48,526 nt of DNA from contig NC_068987.1 in assembly GCF_001194135.2 (NCBI RefSeq), forward strand, positions 48,668,603-48,717,128, given 5' to 3'. This document shows, in pieces, positions 22,441 through 33,420 of this stretch. How positions within the stretch are numbered: the stretch's first letter is position 1; the number at the start of each line of letters is the position of its first letter. The notes beneath the pieces were generated by a model. It worked only from the letters and a program-made list of their open reading frames with translations. It ran no database searches and was not told the DNA's origin. The position numbers and the translations under genes are program-made. Origin of the DNA: Octopus bimaculoides (lineage: Eukaryota).

Positions 22441-22948
22441 AAGAAAGTTGTTTAGCCTCAGATCAGCTCTGATTCTGTAAACTTTTGATCATAGTCTTTC
22501 CAGCCATGGTCCTTCCATCTTCATTTCAGAATTTGTGCATCAAGGTTTATATGATTCAATGTGTCTCATTTTTTTTTAATGGCAGGGTCTGATTTAAGAG
22601 AGAGATATTTGGCTGTCATTTGTAGCAAGTTGAGTGACCAGATGGAGGATTCATGAAAGAGTTTCATTTAGTAGTTGATTGTAAAAACTATTACAAGTTG
22701 TGGCTGAAGGTAAAAACAAGTTGATTGATTAAGCCACCAGTTCAAAGTCAAACATTATGTATTTGGGTTGTACCTTTAATTTTACACACCTTAGTTTGGT
22801 TAGCTGCCAGAAATAGTTACTGTTCTCAGTTGTGCATCTGAGAATGTTGCCTGAGGTAAAGTAGTATTGTTATCCATCTCTTTAATTTAATACTAAATGC
22901 CATAAAACCCAAGCACAGCAGTAGCCCATAAAATCTCATTGAGTCTTT

Positions 22949-22999
<51 letters not shown>

Positions 23000-23009
23000 T
23001 GTACATACA

Positions 23010-24227
23010 CAGTATGTGTAAGATATTTGAGGACAGATTTATGTTTATAAAAAAACATATATAATAACAGATAACTTTATTTCTCAAAAAATGCTATGAG
23101 GATAAAAATAAACCTTCTTTTCTATAATGTTATTCAATAAATTTACCTTCAGCTTCAACAACTGCTTCTATATGAGATCTAAATCATCTACATGCTCAAA
23201 TCAAGTGGTCCTGGTTTATTTTGGACATTACTCTGACTATGGCAGCTTTCAAAGAATCTTTGGTGTTATTGGTGTGTTCATTGACCTCTCTCTCAACAAC
23301 GCTCAACATGTAATAGTCCAATGGATTGAGATCTGAAGAATTAGGAGGCCAAATGTTAGGGGTTATGTGATCATGAAAATTTTCAGCCATTCATTCCTGT
23401 GTTACTAGAGCCATGTGTAATAATGTAATCTTACTGAAACATATATGGCCTTCCATTGCATACACTGTCTATCCAGGGCTTAATTGTTTCCAGGACCTCA
23501 ATGTAGGTGGCAGAGTTAACTCTAAGGCCTTGAGGAAAGAAGTAAGGAAGCATCACACGTCCTTCATTGCTGACGACCCCTAAAACCATGACAGTTGGAA
23601 CATCAGAAGGGTCTGCACATAGCCATCTGTCATTTCTTCTGTTAACTCTTTGATCTTGGTCGAAGTTTTTCTCGTTTGAGAAAAACCAGATCAAATCGTC
23701 TGCTTGATGTTTCAGTTTGTTTAAGAACTTTTTAGATCTGATGTAGTGATTTTCTTTTGCTTTTTCTGACAAATTCCTCATCATATAAGACTTATATCTG
23801 ATGCCTTCGTGGACAACATTTCTGACTGTTTCTTCTGATACATGGAGATCTTTTGCAATTGACCTCATGGACTTTCTGGGATTGTAATCAATGCTCCGTT
23901 GAACTTGCTGGATAAATTCAGGTTTTCTGATGATTTCAGAGTGTTTAGAATGCTTTTTAAGCTTTGATACTGGTGATACGTTTCCATCTTCAGTCTGTAG
24001 CTCCTTACAAACTTTGTAGCTGAAAGGTCTACCAACTTTTAAAAATCGAGATATTTCTAAATCACTATGCTCAACCTTTATAACCACAATAACAGCATGC
24101 CTCTTCATTTCTTGAGTAAGCTGAGGATCTGCTATTGTTATTTTCTGAAACAAAGATTATACAGAGTTAGCAAAAAATGCAGCAATGACTCAACCAAGGT
24201 ATATCCTCAAATACCTTATGCACCCTG
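23010..24227 (-). mobile_element. Tc1/mariner superfamily DD37D (maT/Bmmar1-like) transposon, near full length, decayed
   Basis: ORFs 23431-24153 and 23196-23390 give FFSNEKNFDQDQRVNRRNDRWL, VMVLGVVSNEG, RPYMFQ and WPPNSSDLNPLDY. Diverged TIRs of about 28 bp: cagtatgtgtaagatatttgaggacaga (23010) versus rc cagggtgcataaggtatttgaggatata (24227), TA at the right end. First catalytic D appears as N; internal stop. Confidence 0.92.
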
Positions 24228-24584
24228 TATATATATATATAATGTATATGTGTGTATGTACACATGTATTTATACATACATCATTTACATTTACTTGAGT
24301 CTGAAAAGACATTTTAAAATTTATCTGCATCAACTAAAATGTTTGAGATTATAATTTTCATTCAGTATGTCTCTGGCTGTGATGATTAACTCTCAAAGGC
24401 CTAGAAAAGGTGAAAAGATAACAGAAGATACAGCAGTAAGATCATTGTATCACTGACACTGCTGGTTCAAATTCTATGCTGTGCCAAACCTGTGAGGAAT
24501 GTTACATAATTCCACTAAGGTATTTTAATTGTACCATGACACTTAGTGGTAGATGAAGAGAAGAAAAATTTTGGCAAGGGACTG

Positions 24585-24770
24585 TATAGGTGGCGTATTG
24601 GTAGAGTCATCAGAGCTTTAGAAAGAATGTTTTGTGATACTTGTTCCCATACTCTGTGTTCAGAATTCAAATCTTGTTGAGATCAACTTTCTCTTTTATC
24701 CCTTCAGGATCGATGAAAAAATTACCAATCCATGGTAGTGGATTGATAGAACTTTAAGAACATTGAACTG
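24585..24770 (+). repeat. SINE family B
   Basis: ggtagagtcatcagagc...gaattcaaatcttgttgagatcaactttctcttttatcccttcaggatcgatgaaaaa. Confidence 0.65.
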
Positions 24771-25130
24771 GATCTCTTCCTGTATTTGTTATGGCTGTGA
24801 GCATTCTGAGTACAAATCCTACTGTAGCCTACTTGTGTGGTAATTTAACCTGTTGCCCAGTTTAACACCATCACCTGGCACCACATGTGCAGTCAAACTT
24901 GGTTTCTAGTTTGAGGGTAATTTCCTTCCTCCCTTTCCTGGAGGCCTTGTAATGAACTATGGGCACAAGTTTTCTTTTTGGGACTGTATCTACAAAAACT
25001 ACTTTAAAACAGTACAACAAAATAAAATATCAATAGTATTTGAGTCCTTGTGTGTGCTTGAGTAAGAGAGAAAAAGAAAGGGGTGGAGGTTTTAAATGTT
25101 TTGATATCTGATAAGTACAATGTAAAAAGT

Positions 25131-25173
<43 letters not shown>

Positions 25174-25575
25174 AGTTAGTATGGAATTGATATGTTGTTT
25201 ACTTCTTAGCTGCATCTGCTATTTTCCTTGGTTACATGTACAAGTTTCTGGAAATGTTACAGCAAAATTAGTTAATGAGAGTGATATTGGCTCCTCACTT
25301 GTCACTTTTGAAGCATAATATGGACAGGGGGCAGGTGGTAAAAACAGTGAGGACACATGTACACAAAAGAATTAAAAAGATGATTACAGGGTCAGCAGGC
25401 ATCAGTATGGACCTAGAAATCCTAATGACCCCAGAAAAAACAACAGAGCCATTCCGGAGTAGTGTTCCAAAACTTATGCAGAAAAAGATTCAAAAGTAAA
25501 TACAGGTCTACACTAAATTAATATAGGTAGATGAAATGACCTATGCTTTTAATCAATTTATTTCTTATAACCATA

Positions 25576-25862
25576 AGTGCAGGAGTGGCTGTATGGTAAG
25601 TCGGGGTCGATTAAATAAGTACCAGTTGCGCACTGGGGGTCGATGTAATCGACTTAATCCCTTTGTCTGTCCTTGTTTATCCCTTCTATGTTCAGCTCCT
25701 TGTGGGCAATAAAGAAATAAGAAGTTTGCTTCCCAACAACATGGTTCTAGGACCAGTTCCACTGCATGGCACCTTGAGCAAGTGTCTTCTACTATAGCCT
25801 TGGGCTGACCAAAGCCTTGTGAGTGGATTTGGTAGATAGAAACTGAATGAAACCTGTCGTAT
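25576..25862 (+). repeat. SINE family A with a nested family B 3' half (25601-25721)
   Basis: Head gcaggagtggctgtatggtaag is split from aagtttgcttcccaac by tcggggtcga...aaagaaataag; taag is duplicated at both ends of the insert. Confidence 0.8.
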
Positions 25863-26199
25863 CTATGTATATAAAAGTGAGGATGTGTGTATGTGTGTGT
25901 AAACCTGCAGAATTTCTGAAGTTCACAACTGATTTTCTCCAAACTGGGAACATATATTACTTATGTTCTAGAGATGGTTTTAGAGTCTTAAAATTTTTTC
26001 ACATAATGAGTAATGGGGCACCTGGGGGCAGAAAACCACTTTTCCTGGGTAAACAGTATGAATGATTGCATAGCTTGGTTGCTTTGTTGGTTCAAAGGAT
26101 ATTACTCTTGATAATGTACTTATGTTAATTTCTCTACCTCTCTTATATTATAAAATAGCTGAATCAGAGAGAAATATATCTAGAAAAAATATCTAAATC

Positions 26200-26990
26200 A
26201 AAAGCAAAAAGTTTTTATATGTCAATGTTTTACCCACTACACTGCGGGCTTCATCAGGACTATAATGAAAACAAGCTTTTCACACATAAGAGCGCATGGT
26301 GTCTTCACATCTTTGTGACATGCTGCGTCCTGTTTGGTACTATGTCGTGCCCCCTCTGGCATAGAATCAAGAGAGGGAATGGTTTCTGGGCAAACAGGTG
26401 TGAACCAAGTGATGACACAGGGGAGAATGCAGTGCAAACAACCTCAGGTGTGAGTGTGATTAATCCGCTTAGGCTCAGTGCTGCTTTTTCAACGTACCAA
26501 CACAATGTGGGAAGACAGTGACATTGTCCCTCCTTCATCGTAGAAACAGCAATGAGGCAAAGATGGGATGCTGCCAAACAAAACAACTTCCACAGGCCAC
26601 AACATCAACTTCAAATCGTTTACACATGCTCATCTGACAACTTAATTCAGCTGTACATGCCCATCATTGATTTCAAGTGTTGCCTTGCTCCCCCACTTCA
26701 CACCATTTCTTTCATGTAGATTTTTCATGAGGTGCTGTTGAGCGTGACCATGGGCTTAATTTATCACATAGATGGCGTTCCTATGTGTGGTGGTTGTTCA
26801 GCGTGGTAGCGGCAGCACCGACAGCTGCAAAGGAGAGTGTATCCACTGAGAACTTTTTGGTGTGTTCCCCACCCCCACCATTTCATGTTAGGTTAGGGCC
26901 TGAATCCTCCAAACAGATGTATGGCATGTCATTTAGTCAAATTAGCCCATCATTTACTCCACAGATGTTTTGTTGTCAATGCTGCACTTT
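26200..26990 (-). mobile_element. Decayed Penelope-like element 3' end (GIY-YIG remnant + UTR with hammerhead motif)
   Basis: Minus-strand remnants CSCRCC, RNAIYVI and KIYMKEMV*SGGARQHLKS resemble the PLE Cys linker and GIY-YIG motifs, upstream of the hammerhead-like motif. Confidence 0.5.
26214..26265 (-). ncRNA. Degenerate hammerhead ribozyme motif
   Basis: Minus strand: ttatagtc-CTGATGA-a-gcccgc-agtgta-gtgggt-AAAA-cattgac-atataa. Perfect CUGAUGA and a 6-bp stem II (2 GU pairs); GAAA appears as AAAA; stems I and III are decayed. Confidence 0.5.
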
Positions 26991-27029
26991 CCCGTATCAC
27001 ATGTTTCAACTTGACTGTACTGTATATAC

Positions 27030-27072
27030 AAACTATGCTATTTTTAATCCCGAGCAATGCCGGGTATCTTTG

Positions 27073-27076
<4 letters not shown>
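27030..27076 (+). mobile_element. Helitron 3' terminus
   Basis: Hairpin cccg-agcaatgc-cggg (27049-27064), 8-nt spacer, CTAG (27073-27076), then T. Confidence 0.7.
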
Positions 27077-27156
<80 letters not shown>

Positions 27157-27342
27157 TACATACATACAAAATGTGAGGGTTTAGTTCACAGGTGATCTAA
27201 ATGACTAGGTACACTGGGTAAGTGCTGTAACAAATTACCAGGGCTCCAAGCTCATAGACGAGACAGGAGTTATGGGACCATTGTAGATTTCTGATATAGC
27301 GGATATATATTTGTTAAAGAGGACAACAAACGCTAAGGCAAG

Positions 27343-27572
27343 TGTTGTGAAATCCTGACACCCCTGTGGGATAGCAAGTGAACTGTCCTAAACCTTATAA
27401 AGGCGCATGCGTACTGACAGTGTGAGGTACAGTGTCGTGTGTGCAGTCACATTTGTGAAGGTAGTTGTAGAAGTCATTGAGAGAGACCTAAGTTTATGTG
27501 TTTCTTACTGATTTAGTTTTTGTAGTGTTATAACACTGTTACAGTGTAGCCTATATCCAAAGTCAAGGATAG
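27343..27572 (+). repeat. 5' LTR
   Basis: Aligns with 31990-32210; contains a TATA-like cttataaagg. Confidence 0.9.
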
Positions 27573-27606
27573 TGGCAATTTGAAGCTCACTGTGGACGTT
27601 CTTAGC

Positions 27607-28545
27607 ATGGAAGACCAATAGCTTCCATGGTATAGTTGCAATGGCAACTATAACAAGAACAGCAGCAACAATTGCATCAACAGCTACAACAGCAACAATA
27701 AGAACAACAGTAACAGCAACAACAAAATCAACAGTTGTTGGAATTATTGTTGCAGTTCAAAAACACGTCAGGTTCTTTTTCGGCAGACAGAGTTGCTAAT
27801 TCAATTGAAGAATTTATTTATAATCTAGAAGAAGGGATTATGTTTTCTGCATACTTCGGAATGTAGAAACTGGATGGATGAAAAGAAGGTACGACTTCTT
27901 TTAAGGAAATTATCACCTGCAGATCATAAAAAGTAATGTAATTACATCCTGCCGAGAAAATCATCTGAAATTTGTTTCGAGGAAACAACCTGTTATCTAG
28001 AATATTCAGAGAAAGAAGTTCACTGTTTAATATTCCCTGGGAGTGCTTGAATTTGAAAAAAAAGAGAACCTGAAGATTTTGTCATGTATGCCGGAATTGT
28101 AAACAGAGAATGTTAAAAATTTAAACTGAACAAATTAACCCCGGATATGTTCAAATATCTAATCTTTGCACAAGGATTAACTGCAAGCAAAGATGCAGAG
28201 ATACGGGCTCAGATATTGACAAAACTAGAACAAGATTTGAAACTAACTCTACAGGCAGTGGCTGAAGAATGACGAAGGATTATAAATTTATGACAGGACA
28301 CAGAAAAAAATTGAAGAAGATTATTCAAATATACATATGTGTCAATCTGTAACAGATAAGAAAAAAGAAAAACAACAGTCAAGACCAAAACTATGCTATG
28401 GGTGTGGAGAAATACATTTTAAAAGAAGCTGTCCATTTGAAATTCTAAAATGTTCTGGATGTGGAAAAATCGGACATAAGGATTCACATTGTTGGGTGAA
28501 ACAAAAAAGGTCAAGCAAAGCGAGGCACAAAAAAGAAAAGAAATA
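27607..28545 (+). pseudogene. Gypsy gag remnant (Q-rich N-terminus, two CCHC knuckles)
   Basis: WMDEKKVRLL, FKLNKLTPDMFKYLIFAQGLTASKDAEIRAQILTKLEQ, CYGCGEIHFKRSC and CSGCGKIGHKDSHC; multiple stops and frameshifts. Confidence 0.85.
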
Positions 28546-28554
28546 ATGAGAATA

Positions 28555-31500
28555 CGAGACTACAGTTGGACACAGGTAGTGGTATCACGATAATTAACAA
28601 TGATACATGGGGAAAAATAGGAAAGCCTACATTGAAAAAAAACTTGAAAATTGCACAAGGTATTTCAGTTGCGATTTTTGGGCTAAATGATAAATGAGGT
28701 GACATTTCGTAGAAAAACTTTGAAAGCCAAAGTTTTTGTATTAAAAAATACAACAAACCTATTTGGCACAGACTGGATGGAACTATTTAATTTATGGGAC
28801 CTCCCCATAAATATTTTTTGTAATAATGTAAATGGTTCTTATGCCAGTTCAAATAAGTCATTGGAGGATCTAAAAAAGAAATTAAAAAAGATTTTACCTG
28901 ATGTTTTTTTTCTGAAGAATTAGGTAGGTGCACCAATACAAAAGTAAAATTTCAAGTGAAAGAAATGCTGTACCAGTATCTAGATTGAAGCGAGCTCTAC
29001 CTTTCATGGCATTGAATCAAGTCAATGAGGAATTGGATGGACTTGAAAAGCTTGGAGTTATAGAAAAAGTGATTATTCAGAATGGGTATCACCAACTTTT
29101 ATGTAAAAAATAATAAAATGCGAGTATGCGCTGACTTTTCAATGGGCTTGAACGAATGTTTGATGATGTACAATTACCCATTACTAAGTCTGGAGGAAAT
29201 TTTTGTGAAACTCAATGGAAGAAAATTTTTTTCAAAGCTTGACTTGTCGGAGGTGTATTTACAGTTACAAGTTGAGGAATGTTTGAAATTATGAACAATA
29301 AACACCCATAAAGGTTTCTATAAACTCAATTGACTTCCATTTGGGGTAAAGTTAGCACTTACTATTTTCCAACAGGTGATGAACACTATGCTTGCGGATA
29401 TGGATTTCATTATAGCTTGAAGAGCACTCCATTGGTTACGAAGACGAGGGTCCTAGCTGATACGATCAATGGAACAGCTTGCTCATGAAATTAACGTGCA
29501 AGTGGTTGAGCACACCAGATACAGCAGTACCCTTAACGTAGTTCTCAGGGAGATTCAGCATGACACAGAGTGTGACAAGGCTGGCTCTTTGAAATACAGG
29601 TACTACTCATTTTTGCCAGCTGAGTGGTCTGGAGCAGCATGAAATAAAGTGTCTTGCTCAAGGACACAATTTAACTCATGACCTTATGATCATGAGCCAA
29701 ATGCCCTAACCACTAAGCCACACACCTTCACTATAGCTTACTTGGAAGACATAATCATAATAAGTGAGTCTTGAGGCCAGCATGAGGAACATGTTAAAAA
29801 GGTCTTTGAAAGAATAAAGGAGTATGGATTTAAACTTAGTGAGGTAAAATGTGAATTTTCCATTCCAGAAATAAAGTATCTAGGGCAAGTTATTGATAAA
29901 AATGGTTGCAGGCCAGATCCTTCAAGATTGATTGCAATAAAAAATATGCTGCCCCCGAAAAATATTACAGTGTTACAAGCATCTTGGGACTCGCAAACTA
30001 TTACCAAACATATATACCAAATATGTATGAGCTAAGAGCATCCCTAAACAACCTATTGAAAAAAGACGTTAAATAGTATTGGTCGGACAGGTGCCAAAAA
30101 GTGTTCGAAGAAATTTTAAAAGTTTTAACAACGGAACTATCATTATTGTGCCTTGATCCAAATTTAAAAATAGTAGTAGCATCAGATGCTAGCAAAAGTG
30201 GTATAGGAGTGGTAATTTTACACAAGTATGAAAATGGTTGCCCAAAATCCATTGCTCATGCTTCATGTTCATTGTTGGTGGCTGAAAAAAACCACAGCCA
30301 AATTGAGAAAGAGGCATTAACCATTATTTTTGTGGTGAAAAAATTTCACAAATTCATACATGGAAGGAAATTCAGTCTGCATTCAAATCACCGCCCATTG
30401 TTGTCAGTTTATGGATTGAAAAAGGATATCCCCACACACACAGCCAACTGATTGCAGCGCTGGGGGACAATCCTGCTAAATTATGATCTTAAGATGGAAT
30501 TTCTACCATCGAAAAAACTGGGACATGCAGATGGACTGTCAAGATCAATACCTAAATACAATGAACTGTTTAGAAAACATAGTAATAGTGGCATTAAAAG
30601 CTGAAATCGAAATAAAAAAATATACTCTGCAATGTAGTACGCGAACTGCCTGTCACTTTAGAGGAAATAAAAATTAAAGCAGAGAAGGATGTGTTCATAA
30701 TAAAAATGAAAAAAATAGTGAAGTCAGAAATAAATACAAAAACTCATGTAGCCAAGTATAACACAGTTTCGAAATGGTATTCGATATGTGGTGACGTACT
30801 TATGTATGGTCAGAGGTTTGTAATACCTGTTGCTTTGCAAAATCGTATGCTAAAAGAATTCCACATGGGACATCCAGGAATCGCGAGAATGAAAGCACTA
30901 ATGAGGAGCTACATCTACTGGCCAAATATGGATCAGGATATTTAAAAATTGGTGAAAGCCTGCTGGGGTTGTGCCCTGGCAGCAAAAGCACCACCTATAA
31001 AAATTCATCCTTGGCCCAAGACTGACATACTTGCTCCAGATTACACATAGACTTTACAGGACCATTAAATGGAGGGTATTATCTAATAGTTGTGGTTAGT
31101 TACACAAAATGGCCGGAAACAGTAAATGTAGGAAGCCGACCTCCAAAGTAACAACAGAATTTCTGGACAAACTTTTTGCGCGATATTGCATCCCAGACAG
31201 TATAGTGTCTGATAACAGAACGCAGTTTACATCGAAGGAATTTAAAAACTTTCGCAAAATGCATGCAATGGAGCATATTACTACTCCGCCATACCATCCA
31301 AGATCAAATGGACTAGTGGAACATTTTGTAGACACATTTAAGAGGGTGCTAAAAAAATCTAGGAATGAGCTACTTGCTGAAATTGCATTGACGCAATTCT
31401 TAAGTGTCTACTGAATAACACCTAATCCCAACACCAATTCAGGTGTGTCACCAGCTGAACTAATGTTCACCAGGAAAGTCAGGTCAGTGTTTGACAAATT

Positions 31501-31740
31501 ACTACCAGGAAGAAAAGAAAAAATGGAGAGAAACACCGAAAATAAGATAAAATACTTCAAAATTGGTGACATGGTATTTTTTAAAATATACAGAAATGGA
31601 AAGGAAAGTTTGGAAGAAGGTATATTAAGTGAATGTTTAGGAAAAATAACATACATGGTAAAAGGTTATACATGGGAACACAAAAGACATTTAAACCAAC
31701 TGAAAAAAATGACTTATGGAAGAAAGAATAAGACATGAAG
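28555..31740 (+). pseudogene. Gypsy pol remnant (protease, RT, RNase H, integrase)
   Basis: LQLDTGS (28569-28577), FSKLDLSEVYLQ, AYLEDIII (after removing the SINE), ASDASKSGIG, YSQIEKEAL-like motif, HMGHPGIARMK, SDNRTQFTS and PYHPRSNGLVE. Confidence 0.92.
29419..29731 (-). repeat. tRNA-derived SINE (family C) inserted in Gypsy RT, 8-bp TSD tatagctt
   Basis: Minus-strand head ggtgtgtggcttagtggttagggc (A-box), then gtgtccttgagcaagacacttt. TSD at 29411-29418 and 29732-29739. Confidence 0.85.
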
Positions 31741-31989
31741 AAACAATGGAATTTCTTTGACATTTTTATGTTCTGGTATCTCAAAGAATAGTCGAACCAA
31801 CGAGTACATCAGTTAAGAAAAGAAAACAAATAAAACTTTTGCAAGTAGAGCCAAAACGAAAAATATTCCAATTTCTTCCCAGGGAATTAAGTGAAAAAAA
31901 AAAAGGTGGGGGTAGAGGTGGTAATAAATATATAATAAATAAAAGAAAAATATTGACTTCCAAGGAAAGTCAAGCTTAAAAAGGAGAGA

Positions 31990-32210
31990 TGTTGTGGTGA
32001 AATCTTGATACCCTTGTGGGACAGCAAGTGAACTGTCCTAAACCTTATAAAGGTGCATGCGTACTGACAGTATGAGGTACAGTGTGGCGTGTGCAGTTGT
32101 ATTTCTGAAGGCAGTCATAGAAGTCGTTGAGAATAGATGTAAATTTATTACGGGTTTATCATTGATTTAGTTTTTGTAGTGTTATTACACTGTTACAGTG
32201 TAGTTTATAT
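31990..32210 (+). repeat. 3' LTR (right edge overlaps an adjacent repeat)
   Basis: Aligns with 27343-27572 and is preceded by a PPT. Confidence 0.9.
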
Positions 32211-32387
32211 CTCAAGTTGTATACATTATTATTATTATTATTATTATTAGAAAAATTTAAAGTCTTACAGCTGTCTCTGGGATATCCCAAAGTATGGGAT
32301 ATTCCATCATTGGAGACAAGTAGGGAAAATGTGAAGTGTATAGATTAAGGAAACGATAAAACAAAAAACTGGAGAAATAAATAAATG
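32209..32387 (-). mobile_element. PLE-type terminal repeat containing a hammerhead motif (left arm of inverted pair)
   Basis: Reverse complement of 33292-33460. Hammerhead at 32262-32317 (minus): gtct-CCAATGA-tggaatatccca-tactt-tgggatatccca-GAGA-cagctg-TA-agac. Confidence 0.75.
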
Positions 32388-32640
32388 AAGAAAAGAGGGA
32401 TCTGTTCAATCTCAGTCACAGATTTTTTAATTAATTTTTTTAACTAAACAATTTGAAACTAAGGATACTGGTTGAATGTGTGATGTAGAACACTGTTTAC
32501 TCTTAACATTTTGGACAAAATTTTGTATTTTAGAAGTTATTTTGTGTTAAAGTTGTCATATTTGGGTAATTTTAACCAATCAATGACATGTATTCAGCTG
32601 AAGAAAGTTACTGCTGTTTGTGAAAGTAATGAAAGAGCAA

Positions 32641-32857
32641 CAACTTCCGGGTCATCAGGTCGTCTGTTTTGGACACTGCATACGTATATGTACGTAAATA
32701 CACAGACACGCACACACACACACACACACGTATGTATTCCCTATAAAAGAACTTTATTTTTCTCACCCATTCCCTATAAAAGAACTTTGTTTTTCTCACC
32801 CACCTTTCTTATCGTTTATACTCCCCCCCCTCTTATGACCTGATGACCCGGAAGTTG
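32641..32857. mobile_element. MITE-like element with perfect 21-bp terminal inverted repeats
   Basis: caacttccgggtcatcaggtc (32641-32661) / gacctgatgacccggaagttg (32837-32857). Internal (CA)n and a 33-bp tandem duplication. No TSD seen. Confidence 0.7.
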
Positions 32858-32940
32858 TGGCTGCACCAGGCTCCAATCTGATCTGGCAATGTTTCTACAG
32901 TTGGATGCCCTTCCTAATGCCAACCACTCCAAGAGTGTAG
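32858..32940 (-). mobile_element. RTE LINE 3' UTR fragment
   Basis: tggctgcaccaggctccaatctgatctggc...ggatgcccttcctaatgccaaccactccaagagtgtag. Confidence 0.75.
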
Positions 32941-33362
32941 TTATTCATTTATCTTCTTGCTAATTTTTGTACATTATATTTTTATATTACTTATTTTATC
33001 CTTCATACCAATCCTTGCCAATACCCTGTCAGTTGCATTCCTCCTCCTCTTTCTGTGCCTCCAGCTTCCCCACCAATACCTTTCTCTCTTTCTATTTATT
33101 TTTCTCAATAGCTACTTCCGCTATCATTCTCTTACGAACCATCAATATGATGACGTTTCTCTCTGGATACATACACAATGGAGGTTATAATCATACCTGG
33201 ATTTACATAGGATTGTATCCAAAGACTGATGGACTAGCATCTACACTATTGGAAAGCTGAACTGTGAACTTTTATGCTTTAAAAAATTTTTTTAATTTAT
33301 TTTTTTCTCCAGTCCTTTATTTCGTCGTTTCCTTAATCTATACTCTTCACAGTTTCCCCACG

Positions 33363-33420
33363 TGTCTCCGATGACAGAATATCCCATATTTTGAGATATC
33401 TCAGAAACAGTTGTAAGACA
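33363..33420 (+). ncRNA. Type I hammerhead ribozyme motif with CCGAUGA core (right arm of inverted pair)
   Basis: tgtct-CCGATGA-[stem II 33375-33403]-GAAA-cagttg-TA-agaca. 5-bp stem I; predicted cleavage after A33415; base of stem II is mismatched in this copy. Confidence 0.65.

Larger units (their letters stand above)
27343..32210 (+). mobile_element. Ty3/Gypsy LTR retrotransposon (Mag-like), full-length but decayed
   Basis: Two LTRs of about 230 bp starting TGTTG (27343, 31990), roughly 85% identical by eye. TGG-starting PBS-like site at 27573; polypurine tract aaaaaggagaga before the 3' LTR; gag-PR-RT-RH-IN order. Confidence 0.95.

Noticed and set aside
25260-25500. Purine-rich coding-looking stretch (ORF 25275-25499)
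   Set aside because: No recognisable domain; the frame compatible with exon 1 has in-frame stops.
32837-32857. CTGATGA inside the MITE TIR as a ribozyme core
   Set aside because: No stem II/GAAA/stem III arrangement; explained as TIR sequence.
33112-33183. Open 72-nt phase 1-1 segment after a polypyrimidine tract
   Set aside because: Weak donor (GTTATA) and located inside probable PLE terminal-repeat sequence.
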